The notes beneath the pieces are model-generated. The model had not been told where the DNA came from and did not search any database. It saw only the letters and a program-made list of their open reading frames with translations. This document shows, piece after piece, positions 49,323 to 63,830 of a stretch of DNA of 64,000 nt. The translations under genes and the position numbers were made by a program. Every line of letters starts with the position of its first letter. The stretch's first letter is position 1. The stretch covers positions 23,436,001 to 23,500,000 of the forward strand of contig JBHGNT010000002.1 in the NCBI GenBank assembly GCA_043228905.1, written 5' to 3'. The DNA is from Azolla caroliniana. Its lineage: Eukaryota > Plantae > Polypodiophyta.

Positions 49323-52300
49323 TCAAAGATAGGGTCTATATCGGATGGGCCTCCGGAACCTTGGCATCCTCCTATCAAATAAAGCAAGAAGAATGGGAAA
49401 AAGGATCAGCAAACAAACAATAACTGAAAGTTACACATTTCAAGTATGTTCTGCCTACCCATAACCATATGCATAGGATGGCATAAAGGGCCTTCGCGGC
49501 CGATAGCCATAAGGATTTAAAGCACGCCCTCGATATTGTTTCATACCAGGGATATTTGTTCTCTTAGCTGATACCTGGATAAAAACAATTAACCACCACC
49601 GTAAATAAGATATCAAATAATTACTTGCATGGATGATGACATCTATAATGTTCACAGTATATGATGTAGAACATTATGCTGTTGTGCTTCAGAAGCTGTA
49701 AATATTCTTTACAGAGCTCAATCAAATAAATTTGATGAATATTAATGCTTTTGCACGACATTATATAGTGTTTGAAAGGGGGAAAGAAACCTTATAGAGA
49801 GGTAACATACCTTCATCTAAAATTTAACGTAATTTATTTATTTAAAAAGACCACATCCCTCATACTGGTTAACTTAACCTTTTTTTACTCCAAAACACGC
49901 CATAGTCTAGCAGTACATGTACTGTTGGTTTCAAAAAATTTAAAAGTGAACTTTTCAGTGATGGAATTGAAATTTATACTACGCTAGGCTGTTCAAACAT
50001 TAAGAATCATCATCCTGATATATTCTCTTTTGCCATGTTGCTAACCTCAAACACACCAACAATAGTAATAATAATAATAAAGCATAGTGATATAGGGTTC
50101 AACTCTCACCTTTAGGGGACGGCCATGAAGTTCTGACTCGTTCAGCAGAACGGCATTTTGGACAGCTTCTAACTCTAGAAATTCTACATACGCATACCTG
50201 AGGAACCCAAAGAAATATTGTTGTTTAATCCTTCATAACACCCAAAACCATTTATTGGTTTATTAATCATGGAAATGATGGAAAAGGCTGGCCTCATGGG
50301 TATAGCAATTCCCTTCTAAAATATGGATCCGAGATCAATGTTATTCAAGCTCATCACATTCCAAAAATGGCATAAACTAATTATTTGAAGTGATTTAACG
50401 ATAGCAATAGTTGAATAAATAAAATTGTCAATGCACATGGTTTATGGTACCCTTTAGGTTGTCCGAATTTATCTGTCAAGATTGTCACACGATTTACAGT
50501 TCCACAAGACTGGAAGTGTTGCTGTACCTCCTCAGGTGTGCACAAGTAATCAACCTGAAACATATAGGTATAGGTAAAAGTTATTCGTAAAGCACCTAAA
50601 GACAACTATTGCAAACTACAATTGGATGAGATCTTACAATATAAATATCAATAACGTAAAGGTATCAATCAATAAGCAAACTGTTCCCAATCATAACCCA
50701 AGGAATCCCAACAGCATAAGTAATTGCATGTAGGTATATAGCTAAAGTTTAATTGTGTAACATACATAAATCAAAACGTTGTGCAATTACAATTGGATGC
50801 AATCCCAAAGAATAAGATACTAATAGCCTAGAGGTACTAATAAAAAAAGCAAGTAAATTGTTCCCAATTAAAATTGGAGACCATACTGTGCTAATAATAT
50901 ATAGGTACAAGTAAAATTTAAATGCAAGGCCCATAAGCCCAAAAGTTGTCCGATCATTGTTGGATGCAATCCCACTACAAATAGCATACAGTATAGGATC
51001 AAATTAAAATAGAACTACAAAAGGCTAAACATTGCCCAAATACATTTGGAATACAATCCCACGCTATAAGGTACCAGTAGCATATCGATATAGGTAAATT
51101 ACAATTGGATGAAATCACACAACATTAAGACTGGCAGTGAGGTACTAATATTAAATGTAAAGCACTAAAGCAACAAGCTTCCTGATTATAATTAAGTGCG
51201 AAAAGTCTAATTACAATTGCATGAAATCACACAACATAAGGCAGGAGGTGAGGTATTAATATTAAATGTACAAAAGAAACATGCTTCCTGATTATAATTA
51301 AGTGCAATCACACAATCCAAGTGAGGTACGCTATTAATAACATACATTACCAACATAAACTGAGCGCGCATCAGCTTCTTCCTTGTTTTGCTGCTGAGCT
51401 GTGGCAGAGGCTGGGTCTGGTATATAGACTACCCTTTTCAGAATCTGACATTCAAAATGTTAACAGAAAATAGAATTGTAAACTGCATTGGGGAGGGGGT
51501 CAAACCTTGTACCACACCCATCTCTTTCTCTACTTTTGCTTGCATGTCTCTCAAGGCAGCTGCCTCCTCTTCCATTTCTTTCAGACGCCTCTTCATATCC
51601 TCTAGTTCCTATATAATTCTCAAACTATTTAGCCTGAAAACAAAGTGAATGTCTGAACCATGGCAGTTTTTAAACACATGCAAAATAATGGCACTCTCTT
51701 TCATGTCCCTCTATATTCTAAACATTTCAACCACAATGATGTTAAAATATGTTCAAAATAATGGCATAGATCACTGTGAGAGATTGATAATTGCAGGACA
51801 TAAAAGACTGTAGGGATTTGGAAATCATATAAACTGCATAAAGACCCAAAGCTCCCTTTATTCTGAGAACTTACAAACTATCCTTGAGATTAGCAATCAA
51901 AAATAAACTGTGTATGATAAATCTCTGCACTAAGAGACTTCGTAACAATAACCAATGAGAATTCGCCAAATATTACACCAAGAATTCTAAATTGACATCA
52001 ACTTCTCCTTCACATGCCAATCCTCAATCCAGGAAAAGAAGCCCTCATTTTCTAATGTTCTAGAGATTCTTTTATAAGTTCAATATGGCAGTGCTGGAGG
52101 GCCTGCCAATATATGGAGCTTTTATTCAGCCATAACCTACATTATGGGACATTATAGATAATTGTCTTACTGCTCTTTTAATAATTCCAAGTTGATCTAA
52201 CTAAAGATATGTTTTCAGATTTTCTTGATTTTGTTTTCTAGACAAATTCAACACCCATCCATGCCTAAGTCTGCATGCACATTCTTATTAAAAGCCCAGA

Positions 52301-53181
52301 TTCTAAATCACGCCTCCATGTATAATTGGCCAAATTTGGTCGCAATAAAGGCTAGCACAAACAAAAAAGAATGCATATGAATACAACGGAACCATGCAGA
52401 AAATAATAGAAAAAAAAAGTTCCCTTAAGAGTAATATATTAAATGTTTGGACGATTTCACAAGAAAAAAAGATTGAACAGGTATACACAACCATCAATAC
52501 CCTAGTTTCATTGCATTTTCTTTCAATAGCAGTTTCAATTTATATGGAATGTAAAGGTCGGATTCTATTCATTCCAAAACTTCCATTGATGAGTCAGTAT
52601 GCATCCATTTTTGGATTCTATATTATTATTATTAACCTGATAAAACTGTAGATTGAAAACAGAATATAGCTCAAGACATGAATCAGATAAAAAATCAATT
52701 CAATCTGACTGCATTAGAAAGAAAGGATGAGAGTCACAGTCCATGGATGTATTCTAAACAATGATTGTTCATATATTTACAGATTTACACAACAGAGGAT
52801 ATAATAAATATGATGATTTGGTATCGTTAAACCAATATGGATAAAACTAGTTGAACAAACATGTACATGCTATGTAGCAATGTTCCGTATTTGATACTCC
52901 ACTTCATTAAGGTTCACAAATAATACACAACCTACTAGAAATGTTCAGTATATAAAATGTCCTCTTCCCTTGAGAGTTATGCTATCCAGTTTTGACAAAT
53001 ACAAAATAGAAACATAAAGAATGCAAAGGATGCAAAAGTTAACCTTAGAAGCTGCATCATCACCAATGCTATCTTCTTCCTTGACATCCCTTCCATATGG
53101 ATTTCCTTCAAGGTCGGTCTCCAAATCTCCTTCAACATCTTCAGGAATATCTCCCCCATAGACTTCATGCTCATCTTCCAT
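49323..53181 (-). CDS. PABN: Nuclear poly(A)-binding protein (PABN/PABP2); exons 53181-53044, 51608-51506, 51416-51346, 50554-50451, 50197-50110, 49574-49459, 49371-49323
   Basis: [13 protein letters not shown]; [20 protein letters not shown] coiled coil; [32 protein letters not shown]; C-terminus [12 protein letters not shown]. Probable 5'UTR intron ~53230-54171. Confidence 0.95.
50610..51340. repeat. Degenerate ~80-bp repeat array filling PABN intron 3
   Basis: Recurring core ATTACAATTGGATG(C/A)AATC(C/A)CA..ATAAG..AGGTA. Confidence 0.7.
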
Positions 53182-54609
53182 GATGTTAGAAAGGAATCTC
53201 GATGCAGTTTGTCTTGACTTATACAAACTGAAACTTTCATAAGGTATGCATTCAGAGGCAACAAGAGAGTATGCAGGTATACATATCTAGATATACATAT
53301 ATATACATACACATCAATTTTATTTCTCATCACAGTTGACATGTTTTAAGGATTTTTATAAGAGTTAATGAAACAAAATTCTCAAATTTCTAGATAATAT
53401 TTCTATTTTTAATCAAATTTCTCTTTGACATCCTAGTTTTTGAATGGCATGTGAGGATCGAATGGCCGTCTATTTACAATTTCTTCTGCCATGTACTTTT
53501 TGTAGTATCTCCTTGTTTTCTACATTACATTTTAGCTTCACAATGCTGCTAAAACCTTAGCGTAAAAACTCTACAAAAATTGCGTAAATACAATATAAGA
53601 ACTTAAAACAGAAATGACCGCAGAGAGCCAAAAAAAAATCCTGGAGAATTGAACCTACAAACAAAATCACTGAACAGATACAAACCCTAGAAAATCACTG
53701 CGGACATTCCGTAAAGAAAAAAGGAAAAATACCTGAAGAAAACAAACAACCTGGATAATCTCTGGGGAAAGAACCTAGAAAATAACTGAGACAAAGAAGC
53801 GGATAACCAAGAATTTATCACTCGAGAAGAATTAAACCTTAGAAAAACACTTTGAAGAAAGGAAATCTCTGAACAAACCTAGCAAAAAATCAGAAGGAAA
53901 GGGACGCCAAGAGATTTTCTGGAGGGAAAGAAAACAAGAAAAAATTCCAGAAAAGAAAGGGATTTGAGGGAATCTCTGAAGCGAGGAGAAACCCTAGAAG
54001 AGTGGCCAAAAAAAGCCTATTACTGGAAAATCACTTAAGGAAAAGAGGGTACAAATCGCGCGCGAGATAAACCTATGCAGGGAGAAGGAGAAGGAGAAGG
54101 AGAAGGAGAAGCAAAACATCAAAAAGACATAATCAATGAGTAGAGATTATGATGAATGGAGACGTACTTACTTGAGATCGCGCAGAGACAGGGGCAGAGG
54201 CAGAGGAGAGGCAGAGGCAGAGAGAGAGAAGGGGTTTTCTCTCTAAGGCCACCTTTCCTTCATTTCTTCACACATACTGACCTTTAATACATACATACAT
54301 ATATGTACGTATAATGCTATAACATATTATGTACACATATGTATTGTACATACATAGACAGCAAATACTCGTACATATGCATGTATATACGTACATATAT
54401 ACTTTGTATACATACATACATATACATATATGGGTAGCCTTGTATTGAGCAAGCCTACTCAAATCATAAATACGAGCCTTTTCATACCTTCCCTTGCTTT
54501 CCTCGGCAAACACTAAAGTGCCCTTGTATTCCCATTGCCGCTTTCCTATGACTCCATCAGTGTGCATCTATACTGCATATATGTTTGTACTCTGTAGTGT
54601 CCAATATCT

Positions 54610-54760
54610 AGTGTATAGTGAGTAGTGTGTAGTGCGTGATGCGTAGTGTGTAGTGTGTAGTGCGTAGTGTGTAGTGTGTAGTGTGTAGTGTGTAGTGTGT
54701 AGTGTGTAGTGTGTAGTGTGTAGTGTGAACTGTCAACTGTGAAGTGTAGTGTGTAGTTCA
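54610..54760. repeat. (GTGTAGT)n simple repeat
   Basis: Seen directly upstream of PABN. Confidence 0.9.
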
Positions 54761-55899
54761 TCATCGAGGATTCATAAGTTCCCCCCACTTCACCTACAAT
54801 TGAGACCCATCACCTTCTATGTCGGGAATTACGTCTATGTACTTCATATCTGCAAGCTCGACCTTTAGAGCCACACTTTGTTTTTGTTTTTACCTAGCTT
54901 TAAATGTCTACAGCAGTTTAGTCAATACTTTCCGGATATAAACGCCGATTTTCTGGGCACATCCTATCTCATGTGAGAATTCCCCTTAATTCTAAAGGTT
55001 TGCAAAATATTTTGTGTATGATCCCTACCTAGGTATTCCCCTTTAAGTTCTCAAATTGATATTAGCATTATTTCATTTTCGCCCCTAATGCATTTCCATT
55101 TTCTCGGCATAGTTGGCATTTCCATTTCCATTTTGATCACATTTTGGGCAATGGTATGCATGAAGATGTAAACTTATATTATACCTTGCTTGATGGCAAC
55201 ATGATCAACATGATTTTGCAAAGCTTGGCTTTAGTTTCCTTGTTGCTCAAACATTTCTCTTGTTATTAACATTGTCACTTTGGCCGTTGTTTTTTGCATG
55301 GATGGGTCTTTTATTTCTACTTCAACTTCAATCTTGTTAGGGTTTCTCTCACTTATAATGTCCCATTGAAAATGCTCTATTCAAATCACAATGATTCAAT
55401 TTATTTCATTTCCTTGGCCACAAAGGATAGTTAGATGGGAACTACATAATTGGAGGTCATTAATGTGTTGCATGTTCATTTAGTACTTCAATCTTGTTTA
55501 AGGATATACAAACTAAAAGTGGCTCCCAACTCAACATAAATTAATGGTTAATGGTATGATTTTCACAAAAAGACACTTCCAAACATGTGATCGGCACAAC
55601 ATTCTCTAAATTGAATGCTCTAGTATTCTTGAGAATACGTTGTCATTATTTCCTCCATATACATACAAACAATCTAGTAGGATGAGCTCATTAAGGCATG
55701 TGGACTCACAACTTCAACTTTCATGATGCCATCTAAAATCTACATGGTTTCCTATTGCAACGGTTTTTAAGTTCACTTCCAAAATGAGAATGACGAGTTC
55801 TAATTGTTTCTCTATCATATTTTGCATCTTGATTTTTATTTCCCTTCATTGACGGTGTATATATACATTGATTCCTTTATCCATGGTATATATATAGCT

Positions 55900-57900
55900 T
55901 CATATAACTCACATCTTTACCATTCTCATACACCCATGAGTGACACAATACAAATCTCTTTGTGAGAGTGGGAATTGAACTCGTGAGATGTGGGTTCTTC
56001 CCGACTAATGAACCTCAGATAACAAATCAACACTCTATTGTCGCCTTTTCCATCCTTCAACACCTATATGATTTCATCACCAAACTATTGTTTGATGGAA
56101 GAAGTTGCATATATATTACTCATACATTATTACATACAGTTCCTGAAGGCCTAGTCTCATCTAATTGCACTACATTTTCAAATGCCCATCTTCCAACCTC
56201 CATATTTCTCCATTTTTGACAATAACCCAGCAGAGAGATCCAAAGAGGGCGATGATCGCAACATGCAGACTCCATCTTCTTTATCATCTCCACAGCCTTA
56301 TCAAAATTTCCAGCTTGGCCTAAGTGATCCACCATGCACATTAGGTGTTTTACAGTTGAGATAATACCATAAGTATTGCCCATAGCTTCAAAAGACATTT
56401 GTCCCTTTTCCATAAGGCCTAAATGATTGCATGCATTAAGGACCACTGTAAAGGTAACGAGGTTTGGAGTTATACCTTTTGCTATCATTTAATCAAATGT
56501 GTTGCAAACCATATCATGCCCTCCAATATGGGCATAGCCGGCCTTAAGGGCTGTCCAAGAGACAATGTTTTGGACAGAAAGTCTGTTGAATACTTGTTGG
56601 GCTTTTGTAATATCGCCACATTTGGCATCCACCGGATGTTCCGAAGATATCAATCTGTTCAAGAGATCCTGAACAATCTGTGCATGTATTTCTTGACCTT
56701 TATCAATTGCCCCAATGCTACCACAAGCTTTCAAAAAACACAACAAAATTGCTTCATTCGGGCCGATGCTTTGCTGTCTCATTGATTTGTAGCAATTCAA
56801 TGCTTCCTCATTGTGGCCATGTTGGGTGTACCCTGAAATCAATGTTGTCCAAGACACTACATTATGCATCCGGAATCTCATTGAATACTTCTTGTGCCCT
56901 TGAAAGCAACCCACATTTGGCATACATGTCCACCAAAGCAGTATCAATAACAATGCTCTTACCTAGAGAGTGGTACCTGACAATACGAGCATGTATTTTC
57001 TCGGCCTTCCTTACCAGCACCTACAAATCCGATGGCCGTCAGTGTAGAAACAAATGTGAAAACATCTGGAGAGAGACCCTCTCCTAGCATAAGTGTGAAG
57101 CAATGGAATGCTTCCTCTCCATATCCTCATTGGGCATATCCTCCAATCAAAGCCATCCAAGAGACCACATTCCGAAATACTATTTTATCAAACACTTCTC
57201 GAACTTTGCTAAGTTCACCAAATCTCGCATACATATCCACCAATGCAGTGTTGACAATAACGTTATCATCAAGCAAGCCTTCGTTGATAAGCTCTATAAT
57301 CTCACCATGTACAAGCTTTCAAGATACAGACATATGTGAATGTGTCAGGAGAGAGACCCTCCCACGCATTCTTTCTAAACAAATCAACGCTTCATCTCCT
57401 TGTCCATGTTGGGAATATCCACCAATGAGAACATTCCATGTCACTCTATCTCGAGCCAGGAGCTCATCAAACACTTCTTGTGCTTTTGTCATCATACCAC
57501 ATTTCGCATACATGTTCGTTAAAGCACTCCCAAAGGTAGATATCTTCTTGTAAAATCCCTTTCTTAAGAAGGTCTCTATGTATTCTCCTTCTTTTATGAA
57601 GATCCTTTCGTTTGGCACAATCTTTCAATGCAGCCACAAAAACCAATGTCTCTTCAAATTTCTGACCTTTGCTAGGGTTAAGAGTCTTATCCCTTTTTGC
57701 TTCTAGTTCTTGGCAGGAGTTCAACTCGTTTTCGGATGGATGACTTCCCTTTATCTTTTCCAATGATGCAAGATCAGGATGAAGCCAAGATGAATCATGA
57801 AGATCAACCGGCAGGCCATGTCGAACCTCAGAAGAATCATGCTGAATCCCTGATGGATCTTGCCGAGCCTGAGATGGATGCAAATGAACCCGAAACGTGT
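55900..57900 (-). pseudogene. PLS-class PPR gene with E-domain remnant, frameshifted
   Basis: MYAKCG..AQEVFD..RDRVTWNVLIGGYSQHG, VSWTTLISGY, FTVVLNACNHLGL, WISLLGYCQKWRNMEVGRWAFE. Several frameshifts and stops. Confidence 0.88.
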
Positions 57901-59149
57901 CCAGAGGAGCCTGAGATGTGTGGGAATGAACACCAGACAGGTCTTCGAGATGAACCCGAGACGGATTGTAGCAAAAAACACCCTTTATTAATCATTTGCA
58001 GTGTGGCATATATCTTGGATTGGTCGTGTTTTTCAAAATGAACAGTACTATGTATGCAAGAGAAAGCAAGTGTAGGGTTTTGTGATTCATATCCAAAGAG
58101 AAAGTAGGGGTTTGCGAATTGCAAACAAATGAGAATATGGGGCTTGAGTCTCATAAAATATGGAAAGTTTTGTAACCCACAGCAAATGCAGAAATGGAAA
58201 GCTAGGGTTTGTGTTCCATAACAAACAAACAAAAAAGCCAGAAGATACGGCTAGTGGTGATTCCTACGAAGGATAGGTTAGGGTTTGTTGATCCATCACG
58301 AACGCAAAGACCTGGGATTTGTGAATCTCTGCGCGAAGGAGAACCCGGGGGGGGGGGGGGGGGGGGGGATAAAGTAGGGTTTGTGAGAAAAAAGAACAGA
58401 GATTTTCTTAGGGTTTTTGGTTGGGTTCCTTTGAATAATTTGGAGTTGAAAGAAGCAAGCAAGTATGTAGATATGTATGTATGTATGGCGAATCAAACAG
58501 AGCTTTCATCATCTCTGCAGGCCTCAGAAGATGAAGAACCCCCAAGTTTTGACATAATTCCCAAAGTGCCCCTCCCCCATATCTCTCAAGTTTGTTTCTT
58601 CTTGTTACTTTTTGCTACTTCTTCTTCTTCCTCCTCCTCCTGAGTCCTAACTTTTGACATAATTCCTAATGTGCCCCTCCCCCACCCATGTCTCAAGTTT
58701 GTTACTTTTTGTTACTTCTTCTTCTTCTTCTTCTTCGTATTGGTTTACTCCCTGAGCATCCAGGACTCATCAAATTTGAGAGAGTCACCTCGGGTGAATC
58801 CCGTAGGTTGAATCCCGAGCAGCCGTTTCAGATTCGTCAACGTGATGGGGTGGTTTTAAAGTGTAATTGGTCGTGGGCCGTTGTGCCGGAAACCCGCTAA
58901 GATATCGGCAACATTCTCCCGGCTCACGATGCCCTTAGTTTTACACGGTTGGTCGTGGCAAACTAGGCATTGTCTAGGGGGTTGTGTCGGCCCTCCTCCT
59001 CGATTCTCTATAGAAGAAAAAATGTGTCCCATCGGAAATTTGTCACTAGCATTCTCAAGCCACATTGTCGTGAAGTTACACGTCACATCATGACACTGTC
59101 CCAAAGGCAACAACCTGTCAACCACCATTCATTACCCACCAAAGAAATG

Positions 59150-60400
59150 CTCTTGCAAAAAGGATGTTGGATGATATTTGCATCCTACAACCTGACACTT
59201 AACACTAGCATCCTATACCTCGAGTAATGTGCCACAAACTCGATATGTTCGCCACTAACATGACTTTATCTTCCAAACAACTTATGATAGATGTCATTGA
59301 TCTGCACTGCAAAGATCAATCCTTTGTTATTGAATAAATCATATTTCCATGGTTCGTCCATTACCAACTTTGAAATCAAGGTTGCAAGATTAGGCAATGG
59401 AACTGATGCTCAAATATGATCATATCTAAGAGGTATACGACACATGGTTCGCATTGTCCTAGAGGTTATGATCTACCTACTTTACCCTATAGGCTATAAT
59501 AACATTTTGCACGACTACTTTCCCAAACATCATCATTGGATTCAATTCAGCCAAGTCACATAGGGTTTGCGTCACACTTACTCAATTCGATGATGGTAGA
59601 GGCATCCCAAGCTTAGAGGTCATCATTTTCCCATAATGTGAATGCATTATCTACCCATCTATTTCAAAGTTAAGAAATTCCACTTGTCGAGGTTGCCACA
59701 ATCATTTGATGCCCTTTCTCTTTTGTCAATTACATTCCAGTTTCCAACAACTTTAGCTTGGCTACGACTTTGTTTCACATTAAAGTATTTTCCTCGACTA
59801 TGGCTTTTCTTTTCTTTTTCCAAAAAATCACTACTTCGCATTAGTTAGCAAACAAAATTACATCATAGAACTCTCAAAATTCCTCTCAACAGCCCTTACT
59901 CTGGCCTTCCTCGACTATGGCTTTTATTTTAAAAGTTATATATTTCACACCCCATTCTATTAGGTATTTGAGCCTTTCATAGGTCAATCTCTTGTTCATC
60001 GATATGAGTTATAGGAACATTTGGCATATTTTGATATTGTGTCAAATTCATGTCGTACTCGTGTCATTCTTTATGATAACCAGCCCAAGGTGTTTTCCCA
60101 CCATGCTTTCTTTTTTAAAATCGTGGGATACGTTAGTTGTGGTTTTTCTCTCCATATTTTGAATAGTTTCCTACTTTCATGAAATGTTCTCTCTTTCATG
60201 TGATCACATTGTGGTGAGATTATTCTATTGTGATATATGCTTTTATTGTTGATTTTAAGCGTGCATATATTCCTTAAATGTCTTTATACTACCTTGGGCT
60301 CAAAGCAACTCGTGTGGAGAATGAATTGAGCATATTGCGATGTTGAACGTCATAATTAATGGGGTTCTAGTCGGAAAAAAACGATGTCTACACCCCTCTC
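59150..60400 (-). mobile_element. Degenerate L1-type LINE fragment
   Basis: Weak minus-strand remnants (RVALSP resembling RQG.PLSP, KYL, LW, LG); boundaries approximate. Confidence 0.35.
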
Positions 60401-60595
60401 ACGCACGCCCGGAGATAGAAATGTCGTAAATAGAATGCCACTTTGCGATCGTCCGATCGATGCTTCTTCAAGGGTGAGAGCACCTACCAGGAAAATAAAC
60501 GAAATTAATTTCTTTAGAATAGCAACATAAACTTACAATATTCAATCTTGAGAGAAAAGTACGGGAACTGAACAACTCAAAAAATCCCATTAGAC

Positions 60596-62205
60596 CATGT
60601 TCTAATAACATATATTGGATGATAAAATGGAATACATTATTGACATTCGTGTGTGAAAGTTCATAATTGTAAATATAGTACAACTATGGTATATGCGCTT
60701 ATTTTTAGTTGAGGATTTTGGTGAATATGAAAATGCTTCTCGCCCTAATTTTATAATTGCTTAAAATAATCGTCCATTGATACTAATTTTGTTTAAATTA
60801 CCAGAAGCACTCCAGCATCTTTACAAACGTTGATTTTAGTATGACAACTAGATTGGGTCGCCACATTCTAGTTGCTCAAGCCGCCAGAGAACCGGCTACT
60901 GCGAAGGTCTGGCACACATTTCAAGTTCCTTCCACAATAATCACCAAGTTTTGGCAGAAAATCTGGAAACAACAACACGTGAGGCGTATTACCACGTTCC
61001 AATGGCTATTAATACATAAGTCCCTACCGGTGGGAGCATGGCAACATTGGAACCTTAGCTCTCCTAATTGTGTAGAGTGCCCACATGCAGTAGAATCCAT
61101 ACGACACGCTTTGTGGGACTACTGCCCAACACCCCATCGAATATGGCGGGGGGTTGGCTGCTTGTTGCAATTATGCCAGGTGCAAGGCTCAATCAAGTGG
61201 GGAAATATATGTTGGCTATCATGGCAGGCTGCAATTGGCAGATACGAGCATCAGGAGGAGGGGATGACTTTGGTGATAAAAGCACAAGTGGTCCTTTTCT
61301 CCTCAAGCGACAATGTCCAATCCAATCCTCTTAATGACAAATATCAAGAGGTGTTGGAATTGGTCAGCCCTATAACCCTTTGGATTCTATGGAAACAACG
61401 ATGTAGGCGAGTTTTCTCCAACCAAACCGCACATCCAACAAGGTTATTGCAAGAGATATGGAGTGAAATTGTAACCACTCTGAAGAGCCAATATGATGGT
61501 CTTGAGGGCAGCTCCGAGGGAGTTGAAAGACAACGAATAGCCTTCATCCAACAATGGTCGTCCTCTCCCTTTCTTGAGTCAGGGGGCATCCACATAAGAT
61601 GGAACTATCGTGTCCCTTCAGGGATTTGTACATAATCATCTTATTTTTAAAATTTTATAACTAATGGAAGGAGTTTTTTTTTGGAAAAAAGAAAGAAAGT
61701 ATGACAACTTTAAGATTTACACAATGTCACTCAATTAATATAAATTTTGTGTTTCATAAAATAACTTCATTACAAGTTATTGTGTGACAAAAGTGATAAA
61801 TATGATAAATGGTTGAGTCACCGACACCTTAATATATCCACCGACAACATGTTCTAATAACATATATCAAATGATAAAATCGAATACATTCTCGACATCC
61901 GCATGTGAATGTTTGTAATTGTAAATAAAGTACAACTATGGTATTTGTGCTTATTTTTAGTCGAGGATTTTGGTAAATATGAAAATGCTTCTCGCCCTAA
62001 TTTTATAATTGCTTAAAATGATCGTCCAACGACACTAATTACCAGAAGCACTCCAACATCTTTACGAATGTTGATTTTAGTATGACAACTTTAAGATTTA
62101 CACAATGTTTCCCAATGCCGCTCAAATAATATAATTTTTGTGTTTCATAAAATAACTTCATTACAAGTTATCGTGTGACAAACGTGATAAATACGATAAA
62201 TGATT
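60596..62205 (+). repeat. Tandem duplication of a ~360-400-bp AT-rich unit; the first copy is interrupted by an L1
   Basis: CATGTTCTAATAACATATA.. occurs at ~60596 and ~61848; both copies continue GAAAATGCTTCTCGCCCTAATTTT. Confidence 0.85.
60850..61697 (+). mobile_element. 5'-truncated L1 LINE (zf-RVT C-terminus) with a 12-bp TSD
   Basis: WQKIWK..FQWLLIH..CVEC..ESIRHALW..C, LWILWKQRC. A-rich tail. TSD AGTATGACAACT at 60838-60849 and 61698-61709. Confidence 0.92.
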
Positions 62206-63374
62206 GATGCTAAATATATATGAGCTTTGTATATGTATCTCCAATTATTTTTGGGGTTGTCTCAATGTCAATTCGTTGATGTTGAAGGCGTAATGGTATC
62301 ATTTAAAAAAAGAAGATTGAATGATGAACATGGCAATACTCTTTTATCACTATCTTATTTATTCGCTACCCATGTTATGGACTTTTTTGGGATCTCAATT
62401 AGTGAGTATGTGACAATAGGTGGCATAAAGTAACGTGGAAGTCGTTTCATTCTTCTACATATTGTTTATACCACCATGGTAACGTTTACCTCATTTGCTA
62501 AACCACCTTTTATTATTCGTTGGAGATATGAAATGGAAAGCCACAACCATGGAGTGAACTCTCAACATTTAAGCATGGGCTCTTGAGTGTTATGGCCAGA
62601 AAATTTCCAGATGCATGGATGACACATGAATGAATTTGAGCATATACAATAATTCTACACTATAAGAGGTGGTCGTAAGTACCTTTTCTCCCATCCAATA
62701 AGATGCCTTTCTTACTTGGGTGGACTTTCGAAAGGAAAGCTCATATTTGTCGAATACTTAATATAAACACAATGTGGTGGTTTCATCGCATGTAATTAAT
62801 TCCATGCTAACAACCAACCTACACTCGGAGATTATCAAACATGGGGTGCCGATTTTCACTAGAACGCTCAATATCTAGGCCGAAAAATGCCATGTCAAGC
62901 CAGGTGGGACGAGCCTCAAAGCATGGTAGGTTGGACTCCCATTCTTAGCATCCAAAGCCTGAACAAACTCATTATTGCCCCCGTGATTCAGCATGCGAGA
63001 AAAGGAGATGTCAAGCCAGGTGGGACAAGGAGCTATTGGTCGACATCCAAAGCACGAGGGTTAGTTATATATCATTACTCGTGATCTAGTACCCTGATTT
63101 GGTATGTGAGCCATGTCTGAAACCTTCTCATGATCTCATCAAAGGCCAACCACAGAGGAGGAGGATAGAGCATCCATAGGAGCGTAATAGTACCATAGTA
63201 TGAACCATATGCATCATACGTGCATTCACATTCGTGAATGTTTCAATCACCCGAGTATGGTAAACACCCTCAAAGTATGGTAAATACCATAGATTGACCC
63301 ATGCGTGACATTCGTGGTATTCAACATCCGTAATATTCAAGAATACAAAATGACCCCAAGAATATTACAAAACC

Positions 63375-63830
63375 ATTCGTTTATTTATTTATTATTTAAA
63401 AAACAAATATTTTTACATCTATTATATGAAAATATTATTAGTGTGAGGTCCCCTTATTAATGTCAAGAGAGTAAAAATGGGGAATTAATGAACCTTTTAT
63501 TTATTAAAAATAAAACAAATACTTTTAACTTTTTCATCTATTATAAAAATATATTAGTGTGAGGTCCACTTTTTTATGTGAGATAAAAATATGAAATTTT
63601 ATGGGATCCTTTTATTTATTTATTTATTTTTTGTTTTATTAAAAAATAAAACAAATACATTTAAGTTTTATCTCTATTATAAAAATATCATTAGTGTGAG
63701 GTCCCCTTTTAATGATAGATAAAAATATCAATTGTTTTAGGAGAGTAAAAAGTGGGGAATTAATGAACCTTTTATTTTTTATTTATTAAAAATAAAATAA
63801 TTACTTTTAAGTTTTCCATCTATTATATTC
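63375..63830. repeat. AT-rich degenerate tandem repeat (~110-150-bp units)
   Basis: TTAGTGTGAGGTCC occurs three times and ATCTATTAT-type segments four times. Confidence 0.75.

Noticed and set aside
57697-58041. Acidic EPE-repeat ORF on the + strand
   Set aside because: Antisense to the PPR pseudogene's low-complexity 5' region, with no independent gene signals.
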